NCBI GenBank assembly: GCA_965238215.1
Contig: OZ250180.1
Coordinates: 2,661,524-2,725,523 of the forward strand
Direction of reading: 5' to 3'
Source of the DNA: Dehalococcoidia bacterium
GTDB lineage: Bacteria > Chloroflexota > Dehalococcoidia > Lucifugimonadales > GCA-2712585
Length of the DNA stretch: 64,000 nucleotides
The notes under the pieces are model-generated. The model was given only the letters and a program-made list of their open reading frames with translations. It was not told the origin of the DNA and ran no database searches. Positions 26,358 to 35,074 of this stretch are shown here, piece by piece (positions within the stretch are counted from its first letter, which is position 1; every line of letters begins with the position of its first letter). The translations under genes and the position numbers were made by a program.

Positions 26358-27010
26358 TACGGTTCCTCAAAAGCGGCCAGTTTTTGCAGAACGTCCTCCA
26401 ATGCTTCCTCTTCTCTACCCTCCCGCACCGCTTCGACGAGCTTCCTGTCGATGACTTCCTGCCACCGGTCCGGCGGGATCTTCAACCCGCGCCGCTTGAC
26501 TTCCGCCCGCGCCTTCGACAGTAGGCCGGCAATCTCGGCGAAGTCCAGCAATTCGCTCTTTTCCATGGCCTCCCTGAGCTTGCGGGCCAGGGCAGGACTG
26601 GCCCCGGAGGTGGATATGGCCACCGTGACCGGCCCCCTCTCGACAATGGATGGCGCGATGAACATGCACAAGGGCGTGTAGTCCACCACGTTCAACAAGA
26701 CCCGCTCCCGTTCCGCTTCCGCCGCCATCAGCCGATCTACCTCGGGGACGCCCGTTGCGCCGATGGCTAGAAACGCCCCTTTCAGGTCACCCTCGCGATA
26801 GGCCCGCCTCTGCCAATCGATGCGGTCTTCCCCGGCCCACCACTCCAGCAAGTCGGTCGCCTGGGGGCTGATGAGGACAACCTCGCACGGGTGCTTCATC
26901 AGATTCCTAACCTTGCCCTCGGCGATAGGCCCACCCCCCACAACCACGCACCGTCTTCCCTTCAGACTGAGGAACACAGGATAATAAGTGGGAAAAATAG
27001 ACTCAGACAA
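26357..27010 (-). CDS. sirC: Precorrin-2 dehydrogenase / sirohydrochlorin ferrochelatase (SirC/CysG-N-like)
   Basis: The sequence is YYPVFLSLKGRRCVVVGGGPIAEGKVRNLM (Rossmann fold). The likely TTG start at 27010 overlaps the upstream stop (TTGTCTGA). The track ORF extends to 27130 inside the upstream gene. Confidence 0.78.
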   Translation of the reverse strand: MSESIFPTYYPVFLSLKGRRCVVVGGGPIAEGKVRNLMKHPCEVVLISPQATDLLEWWAGEDRIDWQRRAYREGDLKGAFLAIGATGVPEVDRLMAAEAERERVLLNVVDYTPLCMFIAPSIVERGPVTVAISTSGASPALARKLREAMEKSELLDFAEIAGLLSKARAEVKRRGLKIPPDRWQEVIDRKLVEAVREGREEEALEDVLQKLAAFEEP

Positions 27011-28067
27011 AGTACCGGACACGGGTCTTCTTGTACTCCCGGCTGCTATATAGAACGAGATACTCGTCCAAACCCGTGGCTTCCGCGATCTCCGCCACCG
27101 ACTCCTCACAGCCCCCCGGTGTGGTGGCATGAATCATGGTGAAGTGGGTGTAGGGCCAGTCGGGGAAGGTGGGGCGCTGGTAGCAGTGGGTGACGCTGGA
27201 GTGGGAGGCCATTATCTGCCCCACCTCCTCGGCCCGCTCCTCGTCGACAATCCAGACGGCCATCGCGTTGGCCCTGAAGCCCGCCCGCCGATGATGAAGC
27301 ACGGCGCTGTAGCGGCGCATGAATCCCCGCTTCTGAAATTCGGCGGTCGTATGATACAGCTCGTCGTTGGAAAGGCTCAACCGCTCTGCCATAGCGTCGA
27401 AGGGGCGCGATATCATCGGCAGGTCTTCCTGCAGCTCACGAATCACGTGAATGTCGAAATCGCTGAGGGAGACCGCCCGGTTCCAGTCCTTCGACACCTG
27501 CTTGTTGTAACCGTCGGGGCTGTAGTTGAAGGCGGCGCTCCGTCGATTCACCATGTCGAAGTTGACGCCAATCTTGAAGAACCGGATAGTCGGCATCAAT
27601 CGATGTTGGAGCGAGCCCGTACGGGCTGCCATCCCATTTACCGTCTCCTCCAGATTGTCGTCGGGCGCCACCGCCAGAGTGAACCAGAGGTTGTAGTAGG
27701 AACCCTCGCGGGCGTAGTTGTGACTCACGCCTGGGTGCTCGTTGATGATGAGAGCGGCGTCGTGCAGGGCATTCGGGGGAAACGCCATCGCAACCAGCGT
27801 AGTCTTGTATCCAAGGCGACGCGTGTCGAAGATGGCGCTTATCTGTCTCACCACGTTTGTCCTTCGCAGGCGGGCAAGCCGCTCCAGGACAGATGCTTCG
27901 TCAATGCCCAACTGCTCGCCTATCTGGGCGTAGGGCTCGTCAACCAACGGAAACCCTGATTGGATGATGTTGAGCAGCTTCCGGTCGAGGATGTCCATGT
28001 CCGACGGGGGTTTGCTGGGAGCGGCGGCTGTGCCCGCCTTGGCGCTGGATGGATTCAAGTTTGCCAT
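27003..28067 (-). CDS. Fused AsnC/Lrp-like siroheme decarboxylase (AhbA/AhbB- or NirD/L-type)
   Basis: The 354-aa ORF has two tandem modules, each an HTH-like N-part plus a VSHNY / VTHCY segment. It ends YKKTRVRYFV. It sits at the head of the tetrapyrrole gene string. Confidence 0.75.
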   Translation of the reverse strand: MANLNPSSAKAGTAAAPSKPPSDMDILDRKLLNIIQSGFPLVDEPYAQIGEQLGIDEASVLERLARLRRTNVVRQISAIFDTRRLGYKTTLVAMAFPPNALHDAALIINEHPGVSHNYAREGSYYNLWFTLAVAPDDNLEETVNGMAARTGSLQHRLMPTIRFFKIGVNFDMVNRRSAAFNYSPDGYNKQVSKDWNRAVSLSDFDIHVIRELQEDLPMISRPFDAMAERLSLSNDELYHTTAEFQKRGFMRRYSAVLHHRRAGFRANAMAVWIVDEERAEEVGQIMASHSSVTHCYQRPTFPDWPYTHFTMIHATTPGGCEESVAEIAEATGLDEYLVLYSSREYKKTRVRYFV

Positions 28068-28347
28068 AGACCTCCGTGTTGAATTCGATGATTTAATTGT
28101 ACCAAAAATCTATTCCTTGATTTCCCATCGTTGGCGCTCCTCGCGGGTACCTGCCCCGCCCCCACTAACAAGCCATCGACCATTCCGAGAAATCCCATCC
28201 GTTATTGCAAATGTTTCGGCTGGTAGTGATCCTTTAGGTCACCAATGGATCCGTGGGCTTCAGATATCAAGGCTGTGCTTTCGGTCGATGAAACCGTGGT
28301 TTGACTCCGCCTCAATGCAATCTAAATCGGAAGGTTCCAACTGTCAT

Positions 28348-30585
28348 TCATGGGCTTTCACCCTCGCATCGGTTCAATGTGGTAGCGTCCACCCACACGT
28401 CCGAAAACTGCTCCGGGAGACATCCCCAAAAATGTTGCCACTTGATGTACAGATGGCGCAGGTCCTTCAGGTTGGCCAATTCCAATGGGAGTTCCCAATC
28501 TCCATAAGCGGAAAATGCCGGTGAAGTTATGCCCTCTATTACGTTAACGGCTAGCGAATGGGTTTGCAGTCTTCTAAGGTTGGCGAGATCCTTAGGTAGG
28601 CCTGTTACCGGTACTACCTTGTAATCGCCTTGGATGATTAGCCACCTGGAAATCGGATGTATCCATCCGACACCCACACCCCAAAGCAGTTCCAGGCCGA
28701 TCACTCTGGGCGGCTCACCGCCAATGGTGATTCCCTCCCATTCATCAATAGGAACGTCGGGACTCCAGTTGAGAGGGACTTCTCTGGCCAGGATGTCCCT
28801 TGTCGACAAGAGAGTGACGCAATCGCCCACCAGCCCAGGATTGCTTTCAGGCCTCTGGACCACAATCCCGTTGCCGCAGGCGGCTTCGCCAGACTCGTAC
28901 TCTCCGAAGGCGGGCGCCTGTGGACCCTTGGCGAGACCACTTCGCACCAATAACTGTACGTTCGTGCCATCCGGGTCCATAGTGTAGACGACCGGATATC
29001 CCCCCGGTTCCGCGCTGGGAAAGTCGAGAGCCCGCACCGCTATCCTTGATCCATCCGGGGGCCAAGCTATCCTAGGGCCATCCCCCACATAGAGTCGGGC
29101 TGGCAGTATTTCCTGCGTTGGTGATTCGCTAACCACACCACTCTCCAAGTTGACAATGCAGATCCCCACGTCGCATTGAAACATGATGTGCGCCCCGTCA
29201 GGTGACCAGGACAGATTGTCTATCCAAGAACCGTAGCGATTTGCGAATCTATCTCCACCGAGAGTAATCTTGGCGACCTCAATCGATTCAGAACCGTCAC
29301 TGGCTACCGTGACAAGGAATACACCTTCTCTACGAAGCTCAGCAAATGCCAAGCGGCTCCCATCGGGAGACCAGGAGGCCGTACTGACTATCTCCGACAC
29401 CCTGTCGATTTCAGTGCCGTCAACTTCAATCGCATATACGGCCCTCCCATGATCCTCCCCTCGATCATACTTCTCCTCACTGTATTCGACGACTACAAGC
29501 GCCACGTGTTCGCCATCGGGAGACCACACAGGGACAAGGGAAGAGAAATCCACACCATCCACATCGTCCGGAACTCCCTCAGCTTGTTCCAGGTGCCACC
29601 AACCAACTTCCCGAATATGCGAGCCATCCCTTGACATTACTTGAAGCACTAGTAGAGGTGAGGGATCACTACTGCTGCTGAAATAGGCTATTCTTCTACC
29701 ATCGGGAGACCAGGTGGGATAGTGGTCTATGTTTTCATTCTCCGTAAGACGTCTCACTTGTGTGCCGTCGATGGCCACAGTCCCGATCTCATAGTGGTAG
29801 TAGTCTCGCTCAATTACACCTTCTCTTGTTCGGTACTCCGAAATCTCTGATGTGTATTGACACGAGGTGTACACAATACTAGAACCATCTGGCGAAACAT
29901 CGGCATAGAAGCCGTCCCTAAAGTTTAATCCTGGATTCGCATCGACCACCACTCGGAGCCCGGAACCGTCAGCGCCCACAATCATCACTGCCGAATCGTC
30001 GTCAAACATAATACTGGAACCATCGGGGGTCCAATGTATGAAGTGTTCGATAATGCCTATAGGATTATCAATATACCATCCGCTTATACAAGGATAGTTA
30101 GGTGGGTGGCCAGACGTGTACTCTTTGACCGTGGTAAGAGTTGGCGCGGGTGTTGGTTCAGGCGTAGAGGTTGGAGTTGGCGCCGGTGTCGGTTCAGGCG
30201 CAGGGGTAGGTGTTGGTGTAGTCATTGGAGTTTGTGTAGAGGTAGGCATGGGAGCTGGAGTTGGTGCCGGCGTCGGTTCAGGTCTAGAGGTGGGGATTAG
30301 CGTCGGCGTCGGTTCAGGCGTAGGGGTAGGTGTTGGCGCCGGTGTCGGTCCGGGCGTAGGGGTTGGTGTAACGTCGCTCAGTTCCATTTCGGGAGTTGCA
30401 GTTGGGGTCGGAGTTGGTGGTTGTGTTGCCGTTGCTTCCGGCGACCCAACCTTCGTCTCAATGGTGGGCGCAGACGTTGGACTGCTTGATTCGCTCTCGC
30501 AGCCGATTACGGCAAGGCAGAACAATGCGGCTATTTCCGCCTTAGCAATGCTTCCAGCGATCTTCATGTTTTGTAGCCTGACCAT
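28348..30585 (-). CDS. Large secreted lipoprotein: Pro/Thr linker, TolB-like beta-propeller repeats and a C-terminal LRR-like domain
   Basis: The signal peptide with lipobox AVIGC follows M at 30585 (or 30567). A ~100-aa PT-rich linker comes next. Repeated motifs of the form SPDGxxIxF/Y...DG ([70 protein letters not shown]) are typical of TolB/WD40-like blades. The C-terminus reads [19 protein letters not shown]...LNWS and has L-rich repeats. G+C is lower than in the flanks by eye. Confidence 0.7.
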   Translation of the reverse strand: MVRLQNMKIAGSIAKAEIAALFCLAVIGCESESSSPTSAPTIETKVGSPEATATQPPTPTPTATPEMELSDVTPTPTPGPTPAPTPTPTPEPTPTLIPTSRPEPTPAPTPAPMPTSTQTPMTTPTPTPAPEPTPAPTPTSTPEPTPAPTLTTVKEYTSGHPPNYPCISGWYIDNPIGIIEHFIHWTPDGSSIMFDDDSAVMIVGADGSGLRVVVDANPGLNFRDGFYADVSPDGSSIVYTSCQYTSEISEYRTREGVIERDYYHYEIGTVAIDGTQVRRLTENENIDHYPTWSPDGRRIAYFSSSSDPSPLLVLQVMSRDGSHIREVGWWHLEQAEGVPDDVDGVDFSSLVPVWSPDGEHVALVVVEYSEEKYDRGEDHGRAVYAIEVDGTEIDRVSEIVSTASWSPDGSRLAFAELRREGVFLVTVASDGSESIEVAKITLGGDRFANRYGSWIDNLSWSPDGAHIMFQCDVGICIVNLESGVVSESPTQEILPARLYVGDGPRIAWPPDGSRIAVRALDFPSAEPGGYPVVYTMDPDGTNVQLLVRSGLAKGPQAPAFGEYESGEAACGNGIVVQRPESNPGLVGDCVTLLSTRDILAREVPLNWSPDVPIDEWEGITIGGEPPRVIGLELLWGVGVGWIHPISRWLIIQGDYKVVPVTGLPKDLANLRRLQTHSLAVNVIEGITSPAFSAYGDWELPLELANLKDLRHLYIKWQHFWGCLPEQFSDVWVDATTLNRCEGESP
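30130..30423 (-). repeat. Low-complexity imperfect tandem repeats encoding the (P-T/A/E)n linker
   Basis: On the plus strand, units such as GGCGCCGGTGTCGGTTCAGGCG.AGGGGTAGGTGTTGG recur. The translation is [22 protein letters not shown]... Confidence 0.8.
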
Positions 30586-30927
30586 GACAGTTGAAGTGCC
30601 AGTTATGATACACCAACAAGGACTGGGGCTCGCCCTAGTCTCTATACCTGCTTCAAGGTGAACCCAGAAAGTTGGACAGGGACATGTCCGTTGTTGAGAG
30701 AGAATACCTCTGATCTTTGCCAACGTCCTGGTCCTACACTGCAGCCTAAGCCAGTTTTCGGACCGAAACTAAGAATCGCGTCATCTTCCGATTGCCGCCC
30801 GAACATCGACGCAATTCTCCGCCATGCCTTGTGCTGCGTTCAGAATCATGGACGCCACTCAGCGGCATGTAACCAAAGCCATGTATACTGGAGGTACAGG
30901 AATGCACCTACCATCAAGTCAAGAACT

Positions 30928-31581
30928 ATGACCCGCCGATTATCAGACGCCAAGGACGCCCTCTTTCTCAGCATGAGCGGTCACGTTAGAGACAGCCGCG
31001 TCTTGGACGCAATGGCCCGTGTTCCCAGGGAACTCTTCGTCCCGCCGGAACTCCGCGACCGGGCTTACAGCAACGAGCCATTGCCCATCGGTTACGGCCA
31101 GACCATCTCTCAGCCTCTGATGACGGCCTACATGACCAGCGTTCTCCAGCCGATGCCCACGGACAGGGTGCTGGAAGTAGGAACAGGCAGCGGCTACCAG
31201 GCGGCCATTCTTGGATTGCTGACCCATCGAGGCTCCGTCGTGACGGTGGAACGAGTCCCCGCCCTGGCGCGCCACGCCGACGAATTACTCCGCTTCATCG
31301 GCCTGACCAACGTCCAGGTCGTGCCCGCCGACACCACCCTCGGCTGCCCGGAAAAAGCGCCCTTTGACGCCATTCTCGTCACCGCCGCCGCACCCCAACT
31401 GCCCCAATCCCTCCTGAAGCAGCTGGCCGTGGGCGGAAGGCTGGTAATTCCCGTAGGCAGCCGGGACTCCCAGGAACTGGTGCTAGCCATGAAAACCGGC
31501 GAGGGCGTATCCATCAAGTACAAAGGCTCCTGCCGGTTCGTGCCCCTGGTCGGAAAGGAAGCCTGGCCTGCTTCAACGTAA
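30928..31581 (+). CDS. pcm: Protein-L-isoaspartate O-methyltransferase
   Basis: From ATG 30928 the ORF reads ...VLDAMARVPRELFVP...PLPIGYGQTISQPLMTAYM...VLEVGTGSGYQAAIL. The track ORF starts 270 nt upstream. Confidence 0.9.
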   Translation: MTRRLSDAKDALFLSMSGHVRDSRVLDAMARVPRELFVPPELRDRAYSNEPLPIGYGQTISQPLMTAYMTSVLQPMPTDRVLEVGTGSGYQAAILGLLTHRGSVVTVERVPALARHADELLRFIGLTNVQVVPADTTLGCPEKAPFDAILVTAAAPQLPQSLLKQLAVGGRLVIPVGSRDSQELVLAMKTGEGVSIKYKGSCRFVPLVGKEAWPAST

Positions 31582-31582
31582 G

Positions 31583-31678
31583 CCCTTCCCTCGTGAGCGC
31601 CCTACCTATCCGTTTTTCCCGCGAAGGCGGGAATCCATCCCCGTTCCCCTAGGGACGTTTCTCGTGAGCGCCCGCTCG
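31583..31678. repeat. Cluster of REP-like GC-rich palindromic elements
   Basis: CTCGTGAGCGCCC occurs at 31590..31602 and again at 31661..31673. TTTTTCCCGCGAAGGCGGGAATCCA (hairpin CCCGC-GAAG-GCGGG) is at ~31613..31637. Related copies are at 34180..34204, 63712..63740 and 63795..63843. Confidence 0.7.
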
Positions 31679-31795
31679 CCCAAAGCGCCAACCTGCCCTT
31701 CGATTTCGCAATCACCCATCCATTGAAGCATCTCCCTGCGGATTGATATACTTGCATAGGCGTTTCCACATCCCAATCCCACTCGACGAGGCAGC

Positions 31796-33295
31796 GTGAC
31801 CACTTCGGCCCCCGTAAAATACGAGACCGTCATCGGACTGGAAGTCCACGTCCAGCTGAAGACCCGGAGCAAGATGTTCTGCTCCTGCCGGGCGGACTAC
31901 CAGGGCGCAAAGCCCAACTCTCTGGTCTGCCCCATTTGTCTGGGAATGCCCGGCGTCCTTCCCGTCATCAACAAGAAGGCCGTCGAATTCGCCATCGCAA
32001 CCGGTCTCGCCCTCAACTGCTCCATCGCCACCCGCACCAAGTTCGACCGGAAGAACTACGCCTACCCAGATCTGATGAAGGGCTACCAGATCTCCCAGTA
32101 CGACATGCCCATCGCCGTTGGCGGGCATCTCGACGTGGAGGCCGACGGCAAGAAGCGCACCATCGGCATTACTCGTGTACACATGGAAGAGGACGTGGCC
32201 AAGCTCCAGCACGTCCGCACCTCCACCGGCGAGACCTTCAGCCTTGTGGACGTCAACCGCTCAGGCGTGCCTCTCATGGAAATAGTCAGCGAACCGGACA
32301 TCCGCTCCCCCGAGGAGGCCCGCCAGTATCTCACCACCCTCCGGACCATACTCCGCTACGTGGGCGTTACCACCGGCAGCATGGAGGAGGGGAACTTCCG
32401 GTGCGACGCAAACGTGAGCATCCGCCCTATGGGCAACACCGAGCTTGCGACCCGCGCCGAAGTCAAGAACATGAACAGCTTCCGCTCCGTGTTCAGCGCC
32501 TTGGAGTACGAGGTGGAACGCCAGCGGCGCGTCGTGGAAGACGGTGGTCGGGTAGTCCAGGAGACCCGCGGTTGGCTGGAAGACCGGGGCGTCACAGTGA
32601 GCCAGCGTTCAAAGGAACACGCCCATGACTATCGCTACTTCCCGGAGCCGGACCTGCCGGAACTTCTGCCCGATCCAGCATGGGTGGAGGAGATTCGGGA
32701 GTCGCTGCCGGAACTGCCGGCCCAGCGGCGGGACAGGTTCGTTAGCCAGTACGACCTGCCGCTTTACGACGCCGGACTTCTCACTGCCAGCCGGCCCGCT
32801 GCGGAATTTTTCGAGCAGGCCGTGAACGGCAAGACCAAGGCGATTCAACGGAGGGCGAAGCGGGTCAGCAACTGGATGCTGGGGGAGGTTTCCCGCCTGC
32901 TGGACGACGGCCTGGCCAGCATAGGCGATTCCCCCTTGAAGCCCGAACATCTCGGACAACTCTCAGACCTGGTGGAAACCGGCGAACTCAGCAATTCCTT
33001 GGCCAAAACCGTCCTGCAGAAGGCCTTCGAGAGCGGCAATACCCCGAAGCGCATCGTGAAAGAGGAAGGCTACGTCCAGATAAGCGATTCCTCGGTGGTT
33101 GAGCAGGCGGTGCGGCAGGCCATCGACCAGAACCCCAAGGCCGTCCAGGACTACCTCAACGGCCGAGAGACCGCCTCCAAGTTCCTCGTAGGCCAGGTGA
33201 TGCGAATTACCCGCGGCAAGGCCAACCCCACCGTGGTCAACACCCTGATGCAGCAGGAACTCAACAACCTTCAAAACACCGACGGGAGCAGTTAG
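31796..33295 (+). CDS. gatB: Asp-tRNA(Asn)/Glu-tRNA(Gln) amidotransferase subunit B
   Basis: The 499-aa ORF reads YETVIGLEVHVQLKT.SKMFC...NRSGVPLMEIVSEPD and has a C-terminal YqeY-like tail. Confidence 0.95.
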   Translation: MTTSAPVKYETVIGLEVHVQLKTRSKMFCSCRADYQGAKPNSLVCPICLGMPGVLPVINKKAVEFAIATGLALNCSIATRTKFDRKNYAYPDLMKGYQISQYDMPIAVGGHLDVEADGKKRTIGITRVHMEEDVAKLQHVRTSTGETFSLVDVNRSGVPLMEIVSEPDIRSPEEARQYLTTLRTILRYVGVTTGSMEEGNFRCDANVSIRPMGNTELATRAEVKNMNSFRSVFSALEYEVERQRRVVEDGGRVVQETRGWLEDRGVTVSQRSKEHAHDYRYFPEPDLPELLPDPAWVEEIRESLPELPAQRRDRFVSQYDLPLYDAGLLTASRPAAEFFEQAVNGKTKAIQRRAKRVSNWMLGEVSRLLDDGLASIGDSPLKPEHLGQLSDLVETGELSNSLAKTVLQKAFESGNTPKRIVKEEGYVQISDSSVVEQAVRQAIDQNPKAVQDYLNGRETASKFLVGQVMRITRGKANPTVVNTLMQQELNNLQNTDGSS

Positions 33296-33511
33296 TTGGA
33301 AACCATTCTCAACTTCATTCAGATTCTCATCTCCGTGACGCTGGTGCTGGTCATTCTCTTCCAGGTGCGCGACCTCGGCAGCGGCCTGTTCGGCAGCGCC
33401 AACGCCACCTTCCGGGTCCGGCGAGGCGTTGAACTGGTTCTATTTCGGTCGACCATCGCCATCGTACTTCTCTTCATCGTCATCTCCATCATCAGGGTGA
33501 GGTTGATCTAA
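33296..33511 (+). CDS. secG: Preprotein translocase subunit SecG
   Basis: The 71-aa ORF has two TM helices flanking a Gly-rich loop (ILFQVRDLGSGLFGSANATFRVRRGVELVLFRSTIAIVLLF). A TTG start abuts the gatB stop. Confidence 0.7.
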   Translation: METILNFIQILISVTLVLVILFQVRDLGSGLFGSANATFRVRRGVELVLFRSTIAIVLLFIVISIIRVRLI

Positions 33512-33521
33512 GGACAGAGCC

Positions 33522-34400
33522 TTGCCTTCTCCCAAGTCCGTCATCACCCTGACCACGGACTTCGGCATTCAGGATCCCTACGTGGGCCTGATGAAGGGCG
33601 TCATCCTCAGCATCAATCCCGACGCCGAGATTGTAGACGTAACCCACGGAGTTGCGCCCCAGAACGTCTTTCAAGGTTCCTTTCTGCTTCATCACAGCCG
33701 CCGATACTTCCCCAAGGACGCCATTCACGTCGCAGTCGTGGACCCGGGCGTTGGGACGAATCGGCGCGCCGTCTTGCTGGAAACTCCCCAAGGCCGCTTC
33801 CTGGCCCCCGACAACGGCCTGCTCACCCACATCCTCTTCCACGACCTCCACCGGCCTTCGACTAAAGGAGGGCCGGTGGAGCTTCCCCAGGGCTGGAGGG
33901 CCTACCACCTAACCAACCCCGCCTACTGGCTCCAACCCCTGAGCCGCACCTTCCACGGGCGGGACCTCTTCGCCCCCGTGGCGGCCCATCTCTCCAACGG
34001 CGTGCCGCCCTCTGAGTTGGGCGACGAGGTCGGAAGTCTGCACTGCCTGCCTATGTCGACGCCTCACTGGAGGGGCGACGTACTCCGCGGAAGGGTCGTT
34101 CACGTGGACAGGTTCGGCAACCTGGTCACGGATATCCCCGCCGACCTACTGACAGTCGATGCCTCCCCCTCCGGCCCTCGTAGGGGCGTCCCTCGTGGGC
34201 GCCCTTCTCCCCTCAATGTTCAAATAGAAGTAGGCAGCGCAGTTATAGAAGGGCTGAGCGACAGCTACGCAGAGGCCGACGGTCTACTGGCCATCATCGG
34301 CAGCTTCGACACCCTGGAGATTGCGCTCAAGAACGGCAGCGCCGCCTTCAAGCTGTCCCTGGCCCCAGCCGCCCCCGTCACCGTCCGCCGCAACCCCTAA
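33522..34400 (+). CDS. SAM hydrolase / SAM-dependent halogenase family protein (DUF62, SAM hydroxide adenosyltransferase-like)
   Basis: The sequence includes ITLTTDFGIQDPYVGLMKGVILSINPDAEIVDVTH...VVDPGVGT.RR...HVDRFGNLVTDI...GSFDTLEIALKNGSAA. It contains a REP-like element in frame at 34180..34204. Confidence 0.85.
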   Translation: MPSPKSVITLTTDFGIQDPYVGLMKGVILSINPDAEIVDVTHGVAPQNVFQGSFLLHHSRRYFPKDAIHVAVVDPGVGTNRRAVLLETPQGRFLAPDNGLLTHILFHDLHRPSTKGGPVELPQGWRAYHLTNPAYWLQPLSRTFHGRDLFAPVAAHLSNGVPPSELGDEVGSLHCLPMSTPHWRGDVLRGRVVHVDRFGNLVTDIPADLLTVDASPSGPRRGVPRGRPSPLNVQIEVGSAVIEGLSDSYAEADGLLAIIGSFDTLEIALKNGSAAFKLSLAPAAPVTVRRNP

Positions 34401-34411
34401 GAACGGTGACC

Positions 34412-34996
34412 TCAGCCGTCACCCAGCGACTCGCCGCTTTCGGTAGTGCCTACGACGTTGACCTGGCTGGCGCCGGCGGCCCAAGCCAGCTCCGTGAGCA
34501 TCCGCACAGGGTCCAATACCTGCCAGAGAATTCCATTGTTGACGAAGTAACCATTGGCAAATACCAGGGCGCCCAGCGTCAACGAAACAACCGCGCCCAC
34601 GCGCCCCGCAACGCATCCGCTGCGCCACAGAATCACCGCCGCCACACTGGAGGAACCGATGAACAACGGATTAACGGTGCGCCACACGTTACCCCCATGG
34701 TCGCCAAATAGGCCGCTGTAACCGTTGACGAGCACCACCAGGGCCAACGTTCCCAACGCTAGGCTCCGGACCCAGGGAACGCGTCGGGTGCTCAGCCAGA
34801 CCCACCAAACCCCGCCGAACCCCATCAGCAGAGGGGCGATTTGCCACATCTTCCAAGGCCAGTAGGAAACGGACAGCCCTTCCGGATCAACGACGATGGT
34901 CCTCTCAGTCCAGGCAAAAATGGCCAGGGCCACGAAGGCAACCGTCGCGAGGGCGGGGATTGGTGCAAGGTCCCGCGGGGCGATCAGTTTGAACAT
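34412..34996 (-). CDS. Hypothetical integral membrane protein (about 6 TM helices)
   Basis: The 194-aa ORF is strongly hydrophobic and Trp-rich. I recognise no family. Confidence 0.5.
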   Translation of the reverse strand: MFKLIAPRDLAPIPALATVAFVALAIFAWTERTIVVDPEGLSVSYWPWKMWQIAPLLMGFGGVWWVWLSTRRVPWVRSLALGTLALVVLVNGYSGLFGDHGGNVWRTVNPLFIGSSSVAAVILWRSGCVAGRVGAVVSLTLGALVFANGYFVNNGILWQVLDPVRMLTELAWAAGASQVNVVGTTESGESLGDG

Positions 34997-35074
34997 CAGT
35001 CACCCTTCCTGCTGCGGGTTCTCATTAAGCCAGTTTCAGCTTTTGGACCTGTCAGAAGGTGTATCACCGCTCCC

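Noticed and set aside
30130-30423. Short tandem-like repeats that might suggest a CRISPR or VNTR array (also at 54017..54484)
   Set aside because: The repeats are imperfect, contiguous without unique spacers, and lie in frame within lipoprotein genes encoding Pro/Thr linkers.
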